A stretch of 32,226 bases of DNA, taken from the NCBI GenBank assembly GCA_033549405.1, contig JAWSUP010000003.1, positions 1 through 32,226 on the forward strand, written 5' to 3'. Origin of the DNA: Bacillota bacterium. Lineage in GTDB: Bacteria; Bacillota; Clostridia; Saccharofermentanales; UBA5734. Shown piece after piece: positions 9,812 through 19,466 of the stretch; position 1 is the stretch's first letter; the number at the start of each line of letters is the position of its first letter. The notes below the pieces were generated by a model. It was not told where the DNA came from. It ran no database searches and saw nothing but the letters and a program-made list of their open reading frames with translations. Both the position numbers and the translations under genes were made by a program.

Positions 9812-10959
9812 GTATTCTGCTCCTCGTCAGGGTCAATGTTGGCGCTATCTGCCTGCGCAGCCTTACGCAGACGGTTCATGTAGGCGGTTCCGACCCCATG
9901 GTCCGGTAACCCCTCGACAATGATGACGTCACATGAGATAGCATCGAACGTGCGTAAGGCATCAAATAAAGTCCGTCCGGCCATTGCCGAATCGGGATCG
10001 GGTCCGTAACTCAGGCTGCAGCAGGTTGCCGGCGGCACTTGAGCCGGTCTGCCGGCGGATATGCCGGCGTCCATAAAGTCAGATAAAGGCCTGCAGATCA
10101 GACCGAGCCGGCTGATGGCCTTTTCACAGGCATAAACACCAACCCTGGCATCACGAGACAGCCAGTCCTGCACCAGTTGCGTCATTATGCAACCGACACA
10201 GTCACCTTGTGATTCTTCTGCGATGATCACGCGGGCTTTCGGTGCATAATGGCGATATTTCATGCCTGGAGATCTCGGCCGGCCGATCGGAACCCCCTGC
10301 AGATCTCCATTGCTGTATGCATTTGCTGCTGCAACCGGCTCTATCCCCGTTGCCTTCAGGATATCCGCAGCGGTTATGCTGCCTGGCCGCAAAATGACGG
10401 GTTTATCGCCCGTTATATCTACAACAGTCGATTCCAGCCCATACCGGCAGGTTCCGCCATCTATAAGGAAGGGAATCCGTCCGTCAAAGTCTTCGAGTAC
10501 ATGCCTGGCCCGGGTCGGGCTGGGCCGGCCTGACCGATTGGCAGAGGGGGCGGCGACGGGTATCCCGGCAAGACGCAACAGGCTGAGGGCGACCGGATGG
10601 TCCGGAATGCGGACAGCTACCGTGTCAAGTCCGGCGGTCACGATTGTCGGCACACGTCTCGAACGTGGCAGAACCAGGGTCAGCGGTCCCGGGGAAAAAT
10701 GCAGGAGCAGAGACCGGGCTAATGGCGTCAAGGTCCCGACCAGAGGCTCCAGACCAGAGATGTCTGCGCTATGCACAATCAATGGATTGTCCGGCGGACG
10801 ACCTTTGACCTGGAAGATTCGTGCGACGGCATCCGGATTCAAGGTTGGAAACGCAACCAGCTCACCCCGCCGCAGAGCCAATCCGGCCGGCAGCAGCAGC
10901 CGATCATCCGGCATTTGCGCATCGACACAGATCACGCATGTTTTATAATCAGCACTCAT
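9808..10959 (-). CDS. sua5: L-threonylcarbamoyladenylate synthase (Sua5/YwlC) with an apparent in-frame deletion in a conserved motif
   Basis: KGRPPDNPLIVH, PGPLT, AAPSANRSG, ESTVVD, LRPG, SPGMKYRHYAP, MNRLRKAA; reads AFPT-LNPDAV where homologs have AFPTETVYGLGAxALN. Confidence 0.9.
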   Translation of the reverse strand: MSADYKTCVICVDAQMPDDRLLLPAGLALRRGELVAFPTLNPDAVARIFQVKGRPPDNPLIVHSADISGLEPLVGTLTPLARSLLLHFSPGPLTLVLPRSRRVPTIVTAGLDTVAVRIPDHPVALSLLRLAGIPVAAPSANRSGRPSPTRARHVLEDFDGRIPFLIDGGTCRYGLESTVVDITGDKPVILRPGSITAADILKATGIEPVAAANAYSNGDLQGVPIGRPRSPGMKYRHYAPKARVIIAEESQGDCVGCIMTQLVQDWLSRDARVGVYACEKAISRLGLICRPLSDFMDAGISAGRPAQVPPATCCSLSYGPDPDSAMAGRTLFDALRTFDAISCDVIIVEGLPDHGVGTAYMNRLRKAAQADSANIDPDEEQNT

Positions 10960-12047
10960 GCGGGGTCCTCATCCTGTCCTGTCGCACCTGACTGAAGCTG
11001 GTTGCTTTTTGCTGCTGTCATCAAAGCCTGGATGAATTCATCAAGGTCGCCTGCGAGTACAGCCTCCAGACGATAGAGTGTCAAGCCGATGCGATGATCG
11101 GAGACCCGTCCCTGGTGATAGTTGTATGTTCTGATGCGTTCGCTGCGATCTCCTGTTCCAACTTGACTGCGGCGGTCTTCTGCGATATTGCCTTCCTGGC
11201 GGTTTTGTTCGCGTGCCAGCAGGCGCGATCTGAGCACGGCCATAGCCTGGTCTTTATTTTTATACTGGGATCTTTGATCCTGGCAGATGACGACCAAACC
11301 GGTCGGCTTGTGTGTGATCCGTATGGCGGAATCAGTGCGATTCACGTGTTGTCCGCCTGCGCCGGATGCACGAAACGTGTCGATCTCCAGGTCATTGGGA
11401 TTGATCGTCACTTCCACATCCTCAGCTTCCGGCAGGACTGCCACAGTTACTGTTGAGGTGTGAATCCGACCTCCGGACTCGGTGACCGGCACCCTTTGCA
11501 CCCGATGCACACCGCTTTCGAAGCGCAGTCGACTGTATGCGCCAAAACCTTCAATAAGGAAGACGACTTCTTTGAATCCACCAATTTCCGTTTCATGCAC
11601 ATCGACCAGTTGCACGGTCCAGCCGCGCCGTTCGGCATACTGGCTGTACATGCGGAATAAAACCGCAGCAAACAGGGCGGCCTCTTCGCCGCCGGCGCCA
11701 GCCCGGATTTCCATCACGACATTACGCCGGTCATTCGGATCTTTAGGTGTCATTGCTTCATCAAGCCGCTTTTCTATTTGCATACGCTGCTCAATGAGTA
11801 AAGTCAGCTCATCCCGGACCATTTCGCGAAATTCCCGATCGTTTGTTTCGCTTAACAGCTGCTGATGCTCAGCGATCGATGTGCCCAATGCATCCCAATG
11901 CTGGTAATCCATGACGATCGGAGACAGATCGGCATGTTCCTGTGCCAGGCGTCTATATCGATCCTGGCTGGCCAGGATCGCCGGATCAGCCAGCAGCAGG
12001 TTCAGTTCATCAAGACGGTTTTTCAATTCCTTGAGTTTTTCGTACAT
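10956..12047 (-). CDS. prfA: Peptide chain release factor 1 (alternative start 12065)
   Basis: EIRAGAGGEEA, ESGVHRVQRVPVTE (PxT), GAGGQHVN, RSERIRTYN; TAAGGA RBS before ATG 12047. Confidence 0.97.
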   Translation of the reverse strand: MYEKLKELKNRLDELNLLLADPAILASQDRYRRLAQEHADLSPIVMDYQHWDALGTSIAEHQQLLSETNDREFREMVRDELTLLIEQRMQIEKRLDEAMTPKDPNDRRNVVMEIRAGAGGEEAALFAAVLFRMYSQYAERRGWTVQLVDVHETEIGGFKEVVFLIEGFGAYSRLRFESGVHRVQRVPVTESGGRIHTSTVTVAVLPEAEDVEVTINPNDLEIDTFRASGAGGQHVNRTDSAIRITHKPTGLVVICQDQRSQYKNKDQAMAVLRSRLLAREQNRQEGNIAEDRRSQVGTGDRSERIRTYNYHQGRVSDHRIGLTLYRLEAVLAGDLDEFIQALMTAAKSNQLQSGATGQDEDPA

Positions 12048-12138
12048 CTTGCTATCCTTAAGCATTATTAAGATACAGTTTGATCTTTGGGGCTGTTAAT
12101 CAGTAACTTGCTCTATGAACTCCGTATGGAATTTCCAA

Positions 12139-12786
12139 TCAGCGGGACTTTTCTTTTTTTCTGTTTTCACTTTTTTTCGCCTCTATTTCTGCCGGTTCCT
12201 GATCTTCATTCAGGATCGACAGGATTTTTTCCGCGATCAATATTTTTGTTCTCGCCTCGATGCTCAATTCGAGCGCCATTTCGCGCAGTGCATCGGTCTG
12301 AGCTTTATCATTTATTTCTGTTTTCGTGCTGTCTGGAGTGTTTGATGTAGACAACAGCAGCTGCTTTGTTTCCTCGCGGACCTTCGTGACACTGTCCTGC
12401 AGGCACTGGTGCTGCACCGTCAGAAACTGTGCGTACAGAGCCGAGACGTCATCCGTCTTGCGATACCCCGACAGGAGCCGATTAAGATGCTGCATGGACA
12501 AGACTTGTTTCAGCGTTGCGATCATGATCAGAAGGGCCAGATGAACCGGGCTGTATTTTTTAGACTCTGCACGCGGAATCAGGTCGTCTTTGATGTAGTT
12601 GTTGATCATGGCCGGCGTCAGAAGGCGATCTTGTTCATCACGTCTGTACAAACCCAGTTGCCGGTCAATATAGGTCTGAACCTGATCCATATAAAGACCT
12701 ATATCCGGAAGCAAAGACCAGTCTGCCGGATATTGGCCGTCAATTCCTGTCAACCACTGGTTGAGCACCTCAATTGGCTTTATCAT
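12139..12786 (-). CDS. DUF1836-family putative regulator (alternative start GTG 12795)
   Basis: W..LPDIGLYMDQV, LTPAMINNYIK..LIP...KKY signature. Confidence 0.85.
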   Translation of the reverse strand: MIKPIEVLNQWLTGIDGQYPADWSLLPDIGLYMDQVQTYIDRQLGLYRRDEQDRLLTPAMINNYIKDDLIPRAESKKYSPVHLALLIMIATLKQVLSMQHLNRLLSGYRKTDDVSALYAQFLTVQHQCLQDSVTKVREETKQLLLSTSNTPDSTKTEINDKAQTDALREMALELSIEARTKILIAEKILSILNEDQEPAEIEAKKSENRKKEKSR

Positions 12787-13018
12787 ACTGGTCACGCTCC
12801 TTGTCGGCGATTGATTCCGGCGGTGGCTGGATCGTCTTTACTGCCTTTTCCAGTTTCTGTCTCGGCATGACGATGAAATGCCCGCAGGTCATGCACTTCA
12901 GTCCGATGTCCGCCCCGGCCCGCTCGATCTGCCAGAGCCAACTGCCGCAGGGGTGCTGCTTTTTCATGCGCAGAATCTCACCGCTTTTGAATGGATACAA
13001 ATGATATTGTCCAGGCAT
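12770..13018 (-). CDS. DUF951-family (YyzM-like) small protein
   Basis: MKKQHPCGS..W.I.R.GADI.LKC..CGH..MPR.KLEK. Confidence 0.85.
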   Translation of the reverse strand: MPGQYHLYPFKSGEILRMKKQHPCGSWLWQIERAGADIGLKCMTCGHFIVMPRQKLEKAVKTIQPPPESIADKERDQYDKAN

Positions 13019-13030
13019 TTTCGTCTCCCT

Positions 13031-13933
13031 TCAGTTCTGCGGCCGCCTGCCGGCGCATACGCGCGGATTGCCACCGAAGTCATACTGGGTTGGCAACACA
13101 GAATAGCCATGCCCTTTCAGTATATCAGAAACTGCCTTTGCCTGGTCATAGCCATGTTCGACAAGCAGCCAGCCATCTGAACTCAGATAACTTAGCGCTT
13201 CCCGGGACAGTCGCCTGATAAGCGACAGCCCGTCCGGACCGCCATCCAGCGCAATTCTTGGTTCGAACCGGCTGACTTCTGGCATCAGATGGTCGATTTG
13301 CGCCGATTCGATATACGGCGGATTAGCTACGATCAGATCGAATGGACCGGGTTCATCCGCAGTAAACAGATCAGCCTGTCTGACTGAAACCGAACCTGAC
13401 AGTTTATGCCGAATGATGTTTATGTTGGCCCACTTAAGTGCAGCCGCATCGATGTCAATCAGAGAGAGTCTGACAGGACAACCGCTGTTTCCCAGATGAA
13501 CAGCCAGGCTGATGCCGATGCAGCCAGATCCGGTGCAAGTGTCCAGTATGTTCAGGTCAGCAGATTGTGTTGTGCGCAATGGCCAGATCTCTTCAAGGAT
13601 GATCCGGCGGGCTGTTTCGACTAGAATTTCGCTGTCTGGACGCGGAACTAGGCTGCCTGGACCGACAGCAAATGCCAGACCGGCGAAATGAACCTGGCCG
13701 GTCAGAAACGCAAGTGGTTCGCGACTGGCACGCCGTACAGCAAGGTCGCGCAAGTATCGGGCAGTCGCGGGATCAATCTGGTGTCCGGGATCCGAATACA
13801 AGCGAGAGAATGAAAAACCAAGTGCCGCTGAGAGGATATGCAGCGCTTCCCTGATCGGCTCTTCGATACCGGAATGCGCCAGGATTCCGGCCAGTTCGCT
13901 GCGTAGCTGACCGACTGTCACAGGATTCGGCAT
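13031..13933 (-). CDS. prmC: Release factor glutamine methyltransferase
   Basis: RRASREPL, LVPRPDSE, DTCTGSGCI, NPPY, EP..ALDGGPDGL, EHGYDQ. Confidence 0.95.
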   Translation of the reverse strand: MPNPVTVGQLRSELAGILAHSGIEEPIREALHILSAALGFSFSRLYSDPGHQIDPATARYLRDLAVRRASREPLAFLTGQVHFAGLAFAVGPGSLVPRPDSEILVETARRIILEEIWPLRTTQSADLNILDTCTGSGCIGISLAVHLGNSGCPVRLSLIDIDAAALKWANINIIRHKLSGSVSVRQADLFTADEPGPFDLIVANPPYIESAQIDHLMPEVSRFEPRIALDGGPDGLSLIRRLSREALSYLSSDGWLLVEHGYDQAKAVSDILKGHGYSVLPTQYDFGGNPRVCAGRRPQN

Positions 13934-13939
13934 GAGCGA

Positions 13940-14959
13940 TCACCAGCGGTCGCTGTTTGCCCGCATCGGCCGCACGGCTTCGAGCGCAGCAATGGCGACT
14001 TCAAGCATCGTGTCGTCTGGTTCTGCTGTCGTCAGGCGCTGCAGCCAGAGGCCCGGTTTTGAAATCAACCGGGTGATTCGGTTGTCATATCGACCGGCCA
14101 GACGGATGATTTCATAGGCAATACCAGCGACAAGCGGGACAAGGGCGAAGCGGATCAGCAGATTGATCCAGCGGCCCCACCAGCCGATCAATGAAAAGAT
14201 AATGATGCTGATCAGGATGACCAAGAACAAAAACGCCGTGCCGCAGCGGGGATGAAACCGGCTGTAGCGACGTACATTTTCAACAGTCATAGGCTGTTGC
14301 GCCTCGTAGCAGGCGATCGTCTTGTGTTCAGCGCCGTGGTACATCCAGACGCGCCGCATTTCCTGGAGACGGTTAGCCAGGGCCAGGTAACTGACAAACA
14401 GGGAAATGCGTATCAGTCCTTCCGCCAGATTGGAGGCGATATTACCAAGACCAGTCCATTGGCGGATAAACGATATCAGCAGATTGGGCAGCAGAATAAA
14501 AAGTGCGACACTGAAAAGAATCCCGAACGCTGCAGAACCATACAAGACCAGTTCGCTGTGTCTGCTGAAAAAGCGGTCAACTGCACGGCCGATGCGAACT
14601 TTTAATGACGGTTTCTGTGCCTGTTTGTCCGACAAATCCTGATCATCTGATGCTTCATCAGTATTTTGCTCCGGTTCTTCTGCCAGTTCAGCGGAACGAA
14701 GCAAAGCTTTCGTGCCGCTGACCAGTTGCCGGAATAAGCGAATACAACCGCGGACGAACGGCCAGTTGGCAGCACCGGTGAAACGGGTCATAGGCATTTC
14801 TTCGATCGCGATGGTACCGTCCGGCCGGCGGACAGCCATCGCTTTTTTTTCCGGACCAATCATCATCAGCCCTTCAATCAGGGCCTGTCCGCCTATTGTC
14901 GTTTTGCGGCGACAGGCCAGGGCTTCTAGATCCCGGTTTTCGCTGGTTGTTTTTTTCAT
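13940..14959 (-). CDS. DUF1385-family membrane protein
   Basis: GGQALIEGLMM, PFVRG, YHGAEHK, HPRCGT, PGLWLQRLTT.EP. Confidence 0.92.
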   Translation of the reverse strand: MKKTTSENRDLEALACRRKTTIGGQALIEGLMMIGPEKKAMAVRRPDGTIAIEEMPMTRFTGAANWPFVRGCIRLFRQLVSGTKALLRSAELAEEPEQNTDEASDDQDLSDKQAQKPSLKVRIGRAVDRFFSRHSELVLYGSAAFGILFSVALFILLPNLLISFIRQWTGLGNIASNLAEGLIRISLFVSYLALANRLQEMRRVWMYHGAEHKTIACYEAQQPMTVENVRRYSRFHPRCGTAFLFLVILISIIIFSLIGWWGRWINLLIRFALVPLVAGIAYEIIRLAGRYDNRITRLISKPGLWLQRLTTAEPDDTMLEVAIAALEAVRPMRANSDRW

Positions 14960-14977
14960 TTAGTTATCCTCATATGC

Positions 14978-15008
14978 AAAAAGGAGGTCTGACCAAACCA
15001 AACCTCCT
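14978..15008 (-). terminator. Intrinsic terminator after rpmE
   Basis: AGGAGGTTTG-loop-CAGACCTCCT followed by a T-run. Confidence 0.75.
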
Positions 15009-15018
15009 CCTGACACTG

Positions 15019-15219
15019 TTATTTCTGTTCCATGCGCTTCTTGAATTTATCGACCCGTCCGCCCGTATCGATCAGCTTTTGCCGACCGGTAAAAAACGGA
15101 TGACACTTCGAACAGATATCCACGTTGAGGTTCGCCTTAACAGAACCTGTTTCAAAAGTCTCGCCACAAGCGCACTTAACCGCAGCCTTGACATATTTGG
15201 GATGGATGCCTTCCTTCAT
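15019..15219 (-). CDS. rpmE: 50S ribosomal protein L31 (Zn-binding type)
   Basis: [31 protein letters not shown]. Confidence 0.98.
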   Translation of the reverse strand: MKEGIHPKYVKAAVKCACGETFETGSVKANLNVDICSKCHPFFTGRQKLIDTGGRVDKFKKRMEQK

Positions 15220-15307
15220 TTGCTTTCACCTCTCTAAAGATGCGGCGCGTATCCTCGCCGAACGCCACGATACGTATGCCGCACCAGATTCAGACATTGC
15301 GAAGTCG

Positions 15308-15336
15308 ATTCTATTACACTTTGTCGAAATTGTCAA
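15308..15336 (-). promoter_or_regulatory. SigA promoter of rpmE, overlapping the rho stop codon
   Basis: TTGACA-17 nt-TAGAAT. Confidence 0.8.
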
Positions 15337-17837
15337 TCATCATCTCCGCCGCCGCCGGGATTACTGTGCCGCCGGTAGTTGCTGCCGTAGCCGGCACTGT
15401 TGTAGGATCCACCGGCGCTGTTATAGCCGCCGTTCGTGCCGGTGCCGGCAGACTGGCTGCCCGGCCTCGTTCCGCGCATGGCTTCAAAGACATTTTTGTC
15501 GTTGAATGAGACATTGACAGATGAGATAAAGTGCTCATTGTTTTTGGTTTTAAGCAGCAAGTTGATGATGGCCTCTGTCACAGCTGCCGTATCCAGTTGG
15601 CCGAAGGCCTTGCGGATTGTCCAGACGGCATCGAGCTCACGGTTGTTCATCAGCAGCTCTTCACGACGTGTTCCTGATTTATTGATATCAATAGCCGGAA
15701 AAATACGTTTTTCCGAGAGTTTCCTGTCAAGATAAACTTCCATGTTGCCGGTGCCCTTGAATTCCTCAAAGATAACTTCATCCATACGTGATCCGGTCTC
15801 GATCAAGGATGTCGCGATAATGGTCAGACTGCCTCCGTTTTCAATATTGCGGGCAGCGCCGAAGAACCGCTTAGGTCCATAAAGAGCGCCGGGATCAAGA
15901 CCGCCCGACAATGTCCTTCCAGTCGGATTGATGGTCAGGTTGTACGCCCTGGCCAGTCGGGTCATGCTGTCCAGAAGGATCATGACATCCTGCTTCAGCT
16001 CAACCAGGCGCATGGCCCGTTCCAGAACAAGTTCGACTACTTTAGTATGGTTCTCCGGCGTCTTGTCAAATGTCGAATAGACAACTTCGCCGTTGATTGA
16101 TCGCTGCATATCCGTCACTTCTTCCGGACGTTCATCGATCAGAAGGACAATCAACTTGGTATCGGGGTTATTGATACTGACCGCATTGGCTATTTTCTGC
16201 AAGAGGATCGTTTTGCCGGCTTTAGGCGGCGATACAATCATGCCGCGCTGGCCTTTGCCGATAGGTGCGACAAGGTCAATGATGCGGGTTGACAGCTCAT
16301 TGCGTACTGTTTCCAGAATAAAACGTTCATCCGGATAGATCGGCGTCAGTCGGTCAAAATGCGGTCTGCGGATCATCTTCTCTGGCGGCATGCCATTTAC
16401 ATCCTTAATGTAGAGCAGTGCCTGGTAGCGATCGTTCTCGCGCTGAAGTCTGACAGGACCGGTTACGAAATCCCCAGGTCGCAGACCAAACCGACGGATA
16501 TATTGCGGCGGCACATAGATGTCCTTGTTTCCCTGCAGATAGTTGTCTTTACGTAAAAAACCATAACCATCCGGCATGATTTCAAGCACACCACCCTGGA
16601 CCTCGCCAGAATCGATGACCGGCTTTTTCTCTTTTACGCCCTCAGATGCCGGAATTGCCGTCGTGTCCGGCTTATCCTCCTGGTCAACTCCAGATTCTTT
16701 ACCGGTATCTGCCTCAGGCAGTCGAACATCTGTACCTGCTTTCTGGTCTGTTCCGGTTTGCACCGCAACGTGTTCCGGTGCTTCAGGCGATTCGGCCTGA
16801 CCGTCATTTTCACTTATGTCCGTTTGAACATCAATGGGTCGTATTTGTCGCGTCGATATCCTTGATCGTGGAATTCTGGTCATGGACCCGGAAAAATCAG
16901 AATGCGGACGCTTGCCGGGATAATTTGTTGTTGTTGGTTTTTTATTGTCTGCCGGTTCATCTCTTTCAGTAGCTGCTTCGGTTGCTTCCGGTGATGATTC
17001 TTCAATAGCCTCGGGTGCAGCTGGCAACACGGCCGGCTGATCAGGTTCTGACTGCAAATGGCTGGAAACAGCAGGTTCGTTCTCTTGTTCTGCCTGTAAG
17101 CCGGCAGATTCAGCTGTGCTCATTCTATCTGTATCAGCCGCTGCAACTTTTTTTCTCGGTCTGCCTGGACCTTTACGCTTCCTGGCAGTTGTTTTCGTCT
17201 TAGTCGCAGCGACTTCTGGTTTTTCTTCAGCTGCCGTTTCGGAGGATTGTTCTGTAACTGGATCGATCTGCCGGCTAACGAGCGATTCGATCGGTAATGG
17301 TTGCCCGGTTTCTTCTGCTGTCTTCTTGCGACGCCGCGCTGACTTCTTCACACTATCTGAAGCTTGTATACTGGTTGCTTCTACTGCAGAAGACTCCGTT
17401 GTCTGCACTGCCAAAGATGTTTTATCGACTGTTTCGGCAGCTTTGCGCGGCCTTCCGGCAGTCCGTCTTTTTCTGACCGTTACTGCAGTTTCCGGCTGTT
17501 TAGTCGTTCCGTCGTTTTGATTTTCTGCGGACGGGTCACTTTTCTTGCGTCGGCTTGCCGCTGTCCTTGTCTTCTTCACAACAGGAATAGCCGTCTCCGC
17601 TTCGTCTACCGGTTGATCAGCCGGTGCATCTGATATATCCGGCGGCGACGCGGACGGTTCGTCAGCGATCCCGGTTACCGGCTGTGCTGCCTCAACCTTG
17701 GCATTTTCCTGCTCGAGAAACCTGGCGAGTTTAAGCCTGGTCATACTCTGAGCTTGTTCTGCCGTCAGCAAACCCGCGATCTGGGCAATGGCAACCAGAT
17801 CTTCCTTGCTTTTTCCGGCGATCTTGAAAGAAGGCAT
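15333..17837 (-). CDS. rho: Transcription termination factor Rho with long N-terminal insertion and G/S/N/Y-rich tail
   Basis: [66 protein letters not shown]. Confidence 0.98.
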   Translation of the reverse strand: MPSFKIAGKSKEDLVAIAQIAGLLTAEQAQSMTRLKLARFLEQENAKVEAAQPVTGIADEPSASPPDISDAPADQPVDEAETAIPVVKKTRTAASRRKKSDPSAENQNDGTTKQPETAVTVRKRRTAGRPRKAAETVDKTSLAVQTTESSAVEATSIQASDSVKKSARRRKKTAEETGQPLPIESLVSRQIDPVTEQSSETAAEEKPEVAATKTKTTARKRKGPGRPRKKVAAADTDRMSTAESAGLQAEQENEPAVSSHLQSEPDQPAVLPAAPEAIEESSPEATEAATERDEPADNKKPTTTNYPGKRPHSDFSGSMTRIPRSRISTRQIRPIDVQTDISENDGQAESPEAPEHVAVQTGTDQKAGTDVRLPEADTGKESGVDQEDKPDTTAIPASEGVKEKKPVIDSGEVQGGVLEIMPDGYGFLRKDNYLQGNKDIYVPPQYIRRFGLRPGDFVTGPVRLQRENDRYQALLYIKDVNGMPPEKMIRRPHFDRLTPIYPDERFILETVRNELSTRIIDLVAPIGKGQRGMIVSPPKAGKTILLQKIANAVSINNPDTKLIVLLIDERPEEVTDMQRSINGEVVYSTFDKTPENHTKVVELVLERAMRLVELKQDVMILLDSMTRLARAYNLTINPTGRTLSGGLDPGALYGPKRFFGAARNIENGGSLTIIATSLIETGSRMDEVIFEEFKGTGNMEVYLDRKLSEKRIFPAIDINKSGTRREELLMNNRELDAVWTIRKAFGQLDTAAVTEAIINLLLKTKNNEHFISSVNVSFNDKNVFEAMRGTRPGSQSAGTGTNGGYNSAGGSYNSAGYGSNYRRHSNPGGGGDDD

Positions 17838-17990
17838 GATATCACCTCATATTGACTGCCGTATGGGCAGTTCGAAACGTTGGATTGACAGACTATCCAG
17901 GGTCACACGAACAATTAGATCCAAGTGGTCTGACGAAAATCAGACAAAACGACGTGTGGTAGACAGAATTTGTCATCAGGAATTAACTTA

Positions 17991-18019
17991 ATTATAAAAC
18001 CTGGAAAAAATGGCGTCAA
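17991..18019 (-). promoter_or_regulatory. SigA promoter of rho
   Basis: TTGACG-17 nt-TATAAT; implies a 5' UTR of about 150 nt. Confidence 0.85.
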
Positions 18020-18101
18020 GCCAATGAAGTCCCAAATGTGGATAATTTAGCAAATTACTACAGATCAGCAGTGATGGTCCGGTTCATTTGGGCACAAAGG
18101 C

Positions 18102-18128
18102 AAAACCAGTTGTCACACAACCGGTTTT
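18102..18128 (-). terminator. Probable terminator after the mreB-like gene
   Basis: AAAACCGGTTG-TGTGA-CAACTGGTTTT. Confidence 0.6.
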
Positions 18129-18163
18129 CAAGGCTGAATTGATTGAATAAAAGTGAAATCTGA

Positions 18164-19174
18164 TCAGCTGTCACTGAGGGCGGCAAACTTGTCCATCATA
18201 CCAAGTGCCTTCCCTGTACCGATTGCGACACAGGAAATTGCATCATCTGCGACAACGACATCGATACCGACTTTGGCTGCCAGCATTCTGTCAAGTCCGT
18301 AAAGCAATGCGCCGCCACCTGTCAGCACGATGCCGCGCTGGCTGATATCGGCCATCAGCTCAGGTGGTGTCCGCTCAAGCACTGAATGAACGGCCTCAAA
18401 AATCTGGGCGACCGGTTCTTCCAGAGCTTCAAGCATTTCGGTTGATGTTACGGTAATGGTGGCAGGCAGTCCGGTGATCAGATTGCGGCCGCGCACCTCC
18501 ATCGTCAGCTCTTCATCGCGCGGATAGGCACAACCGATGTTGATTTTGAGTTCTTCCGCTGTCCGTTCGCCGATCAGGATGTTGTGTTTGCGTCGGACAT
18601 GCTTGACAATAGCCTCATCAAACCGGTCACCGGCCACTTTCAATGAATAGTCGACAACAGGCTGGCACAAGGAAATGACAGCAATGTCGCAGGTGCCGCC
18701 ACCGATATCCACAATCATGCTGCCGCACGCCTTGGTGATATCAATACCAGCGCCGATTGCCGCAGCTATCGGTTCGCGGATCAAAAAAACATCTTTGGCG
18801 CCGGCATGTTTACAGGCGTCTTCAACGGCCTTTTGTTCGACAGGTGTGATGACGCTGGGAACACAAACAACAATGGTCGGTTTAAAATAACGTGCAAGCA
18901 CGCCCTTGCAGACGCGCCCGATGAATGCCTTGAGCATGACCTCAGTCACTTTAAAGTCAGAGATGACACCATCGCGCAACGGCCTGATGGCATCAACAAT
19001 ACCCGGTGTTCTGCCAAGCATCAGGCTGGCGCTTTCGCCAACGGCCAGCACTTTGCCGGTTTTTGAATTAATGGCAACAACAGACGGTTCGCGCAAAACG
19101 ACACCGCGGCCGCGTACATAAATTAAAACAGACGCTGTCCCCAGGTCAATGCCAATATCCATGCCTAAGCCCAT
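18164..19174 (-). CDS. mreB: Rod shape-determining actin-like protein, MreB/Mbl family (stand-alone, no mreCD, so Mbl-like)
   Basis: DIGIDLGTA, EPSVVA, RPLRDGVI.DF, EPIAAAIGAG, DIGGGT, GIVLTGGGALL. Confidence 0.92.
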   Translation of the reverse strand: MGLGMDIGIDLGTASVLIYVRGRGVVLREPSVVAINSKTGKVLAVGESASLMLGRTPGIVDAIRPLRDGVISDFKVTEVMLKAFIGRVCKGVLARYFKPTIVVCVPSVITPVEQKAVEDACKHAGAKDVFLIREPIAAAIGAGIDITKACGSMIVDIGGGTCDIAVISLCQPVVDYSLKVAGDRFDEAIVKHVRRKHNILIGERTAEELKINIGCAYPRDEELTMEVRGRNLITGLPATITVTSTEMLEALEEPVAQIFEAVHSVLERTPPELMADISQRGIVLTGGGALLYGLDRMLAAKVGIDVVVADDAISCVAIGTGKALGMMDKFAALSDS

Positions 19175-19267
19175 ATGTAAACCTCTTTCATACTATGATA
19201 TCAGCTTGATTCGCCGTATAAGGGCCTATTGCCCGAGTAATCACAGCAAACCCGGCTCATAAGTTCT

Positions 19268-19296
19268 TTGAGAACACTGCGTTTCAATGATACAAT
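19268..19296 (+). promoter_or_regulatory. SigA promoter driving the structured leader and traX-like gene
   Basis: TTGAGA-17 nt-TACAAT with TG extension. Confidence 0.7.
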
Positions 19297-19316
19297 AGGA
19301 TCAAAAGATAATCAAC

Positions 19317-19466
19317 TAAAGTATCTCAAGAGGTTACTGGCTCTCTTTCCCGAAGGATTGACAAAAAGGGTCAATCCGGGAGGGAACGCCATAGAGCCAG
19401 TTAGCTTTTGAGGTATAAAGTATCTCAAGAGGTTAGGGCATGTTAAAAGATAACTTGCTCTTGAGT
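19317..19466 (+). repeat. 20-bp direct repeat (19317-19336, 19416-19435) heading two tandem hairpins; putative structured leader RNA
   Basis: taaagtatctcaagaggtta occurs twice, 99 bp apart; inverted arms at 19393-19416 and 19451-19465; inner stem GGATTGAC/GTCAATCC. Confidence 0.8.

Noticed and set aside
10262-10948. 228-aa + strand ORF and similar overlapping ORFs (e.g. 8589-9152, 19443-20138)
   Set aside because: Antisense shadows of well-supported genes, with no recognisable motifs.
19373-19390. AATCCGGGAGGGAACGCC as a T-box
   Set aside because: It lacks the invariant UGGN that pairs with tRNA NCCA, and there is no Stem I/specifier loop or terminator.
19317-19435. Direct repeats as a CRISPR array
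   Set aside because: Only two 20-bp copies, a 79-bp self-complementary spacer, and no cas genes.
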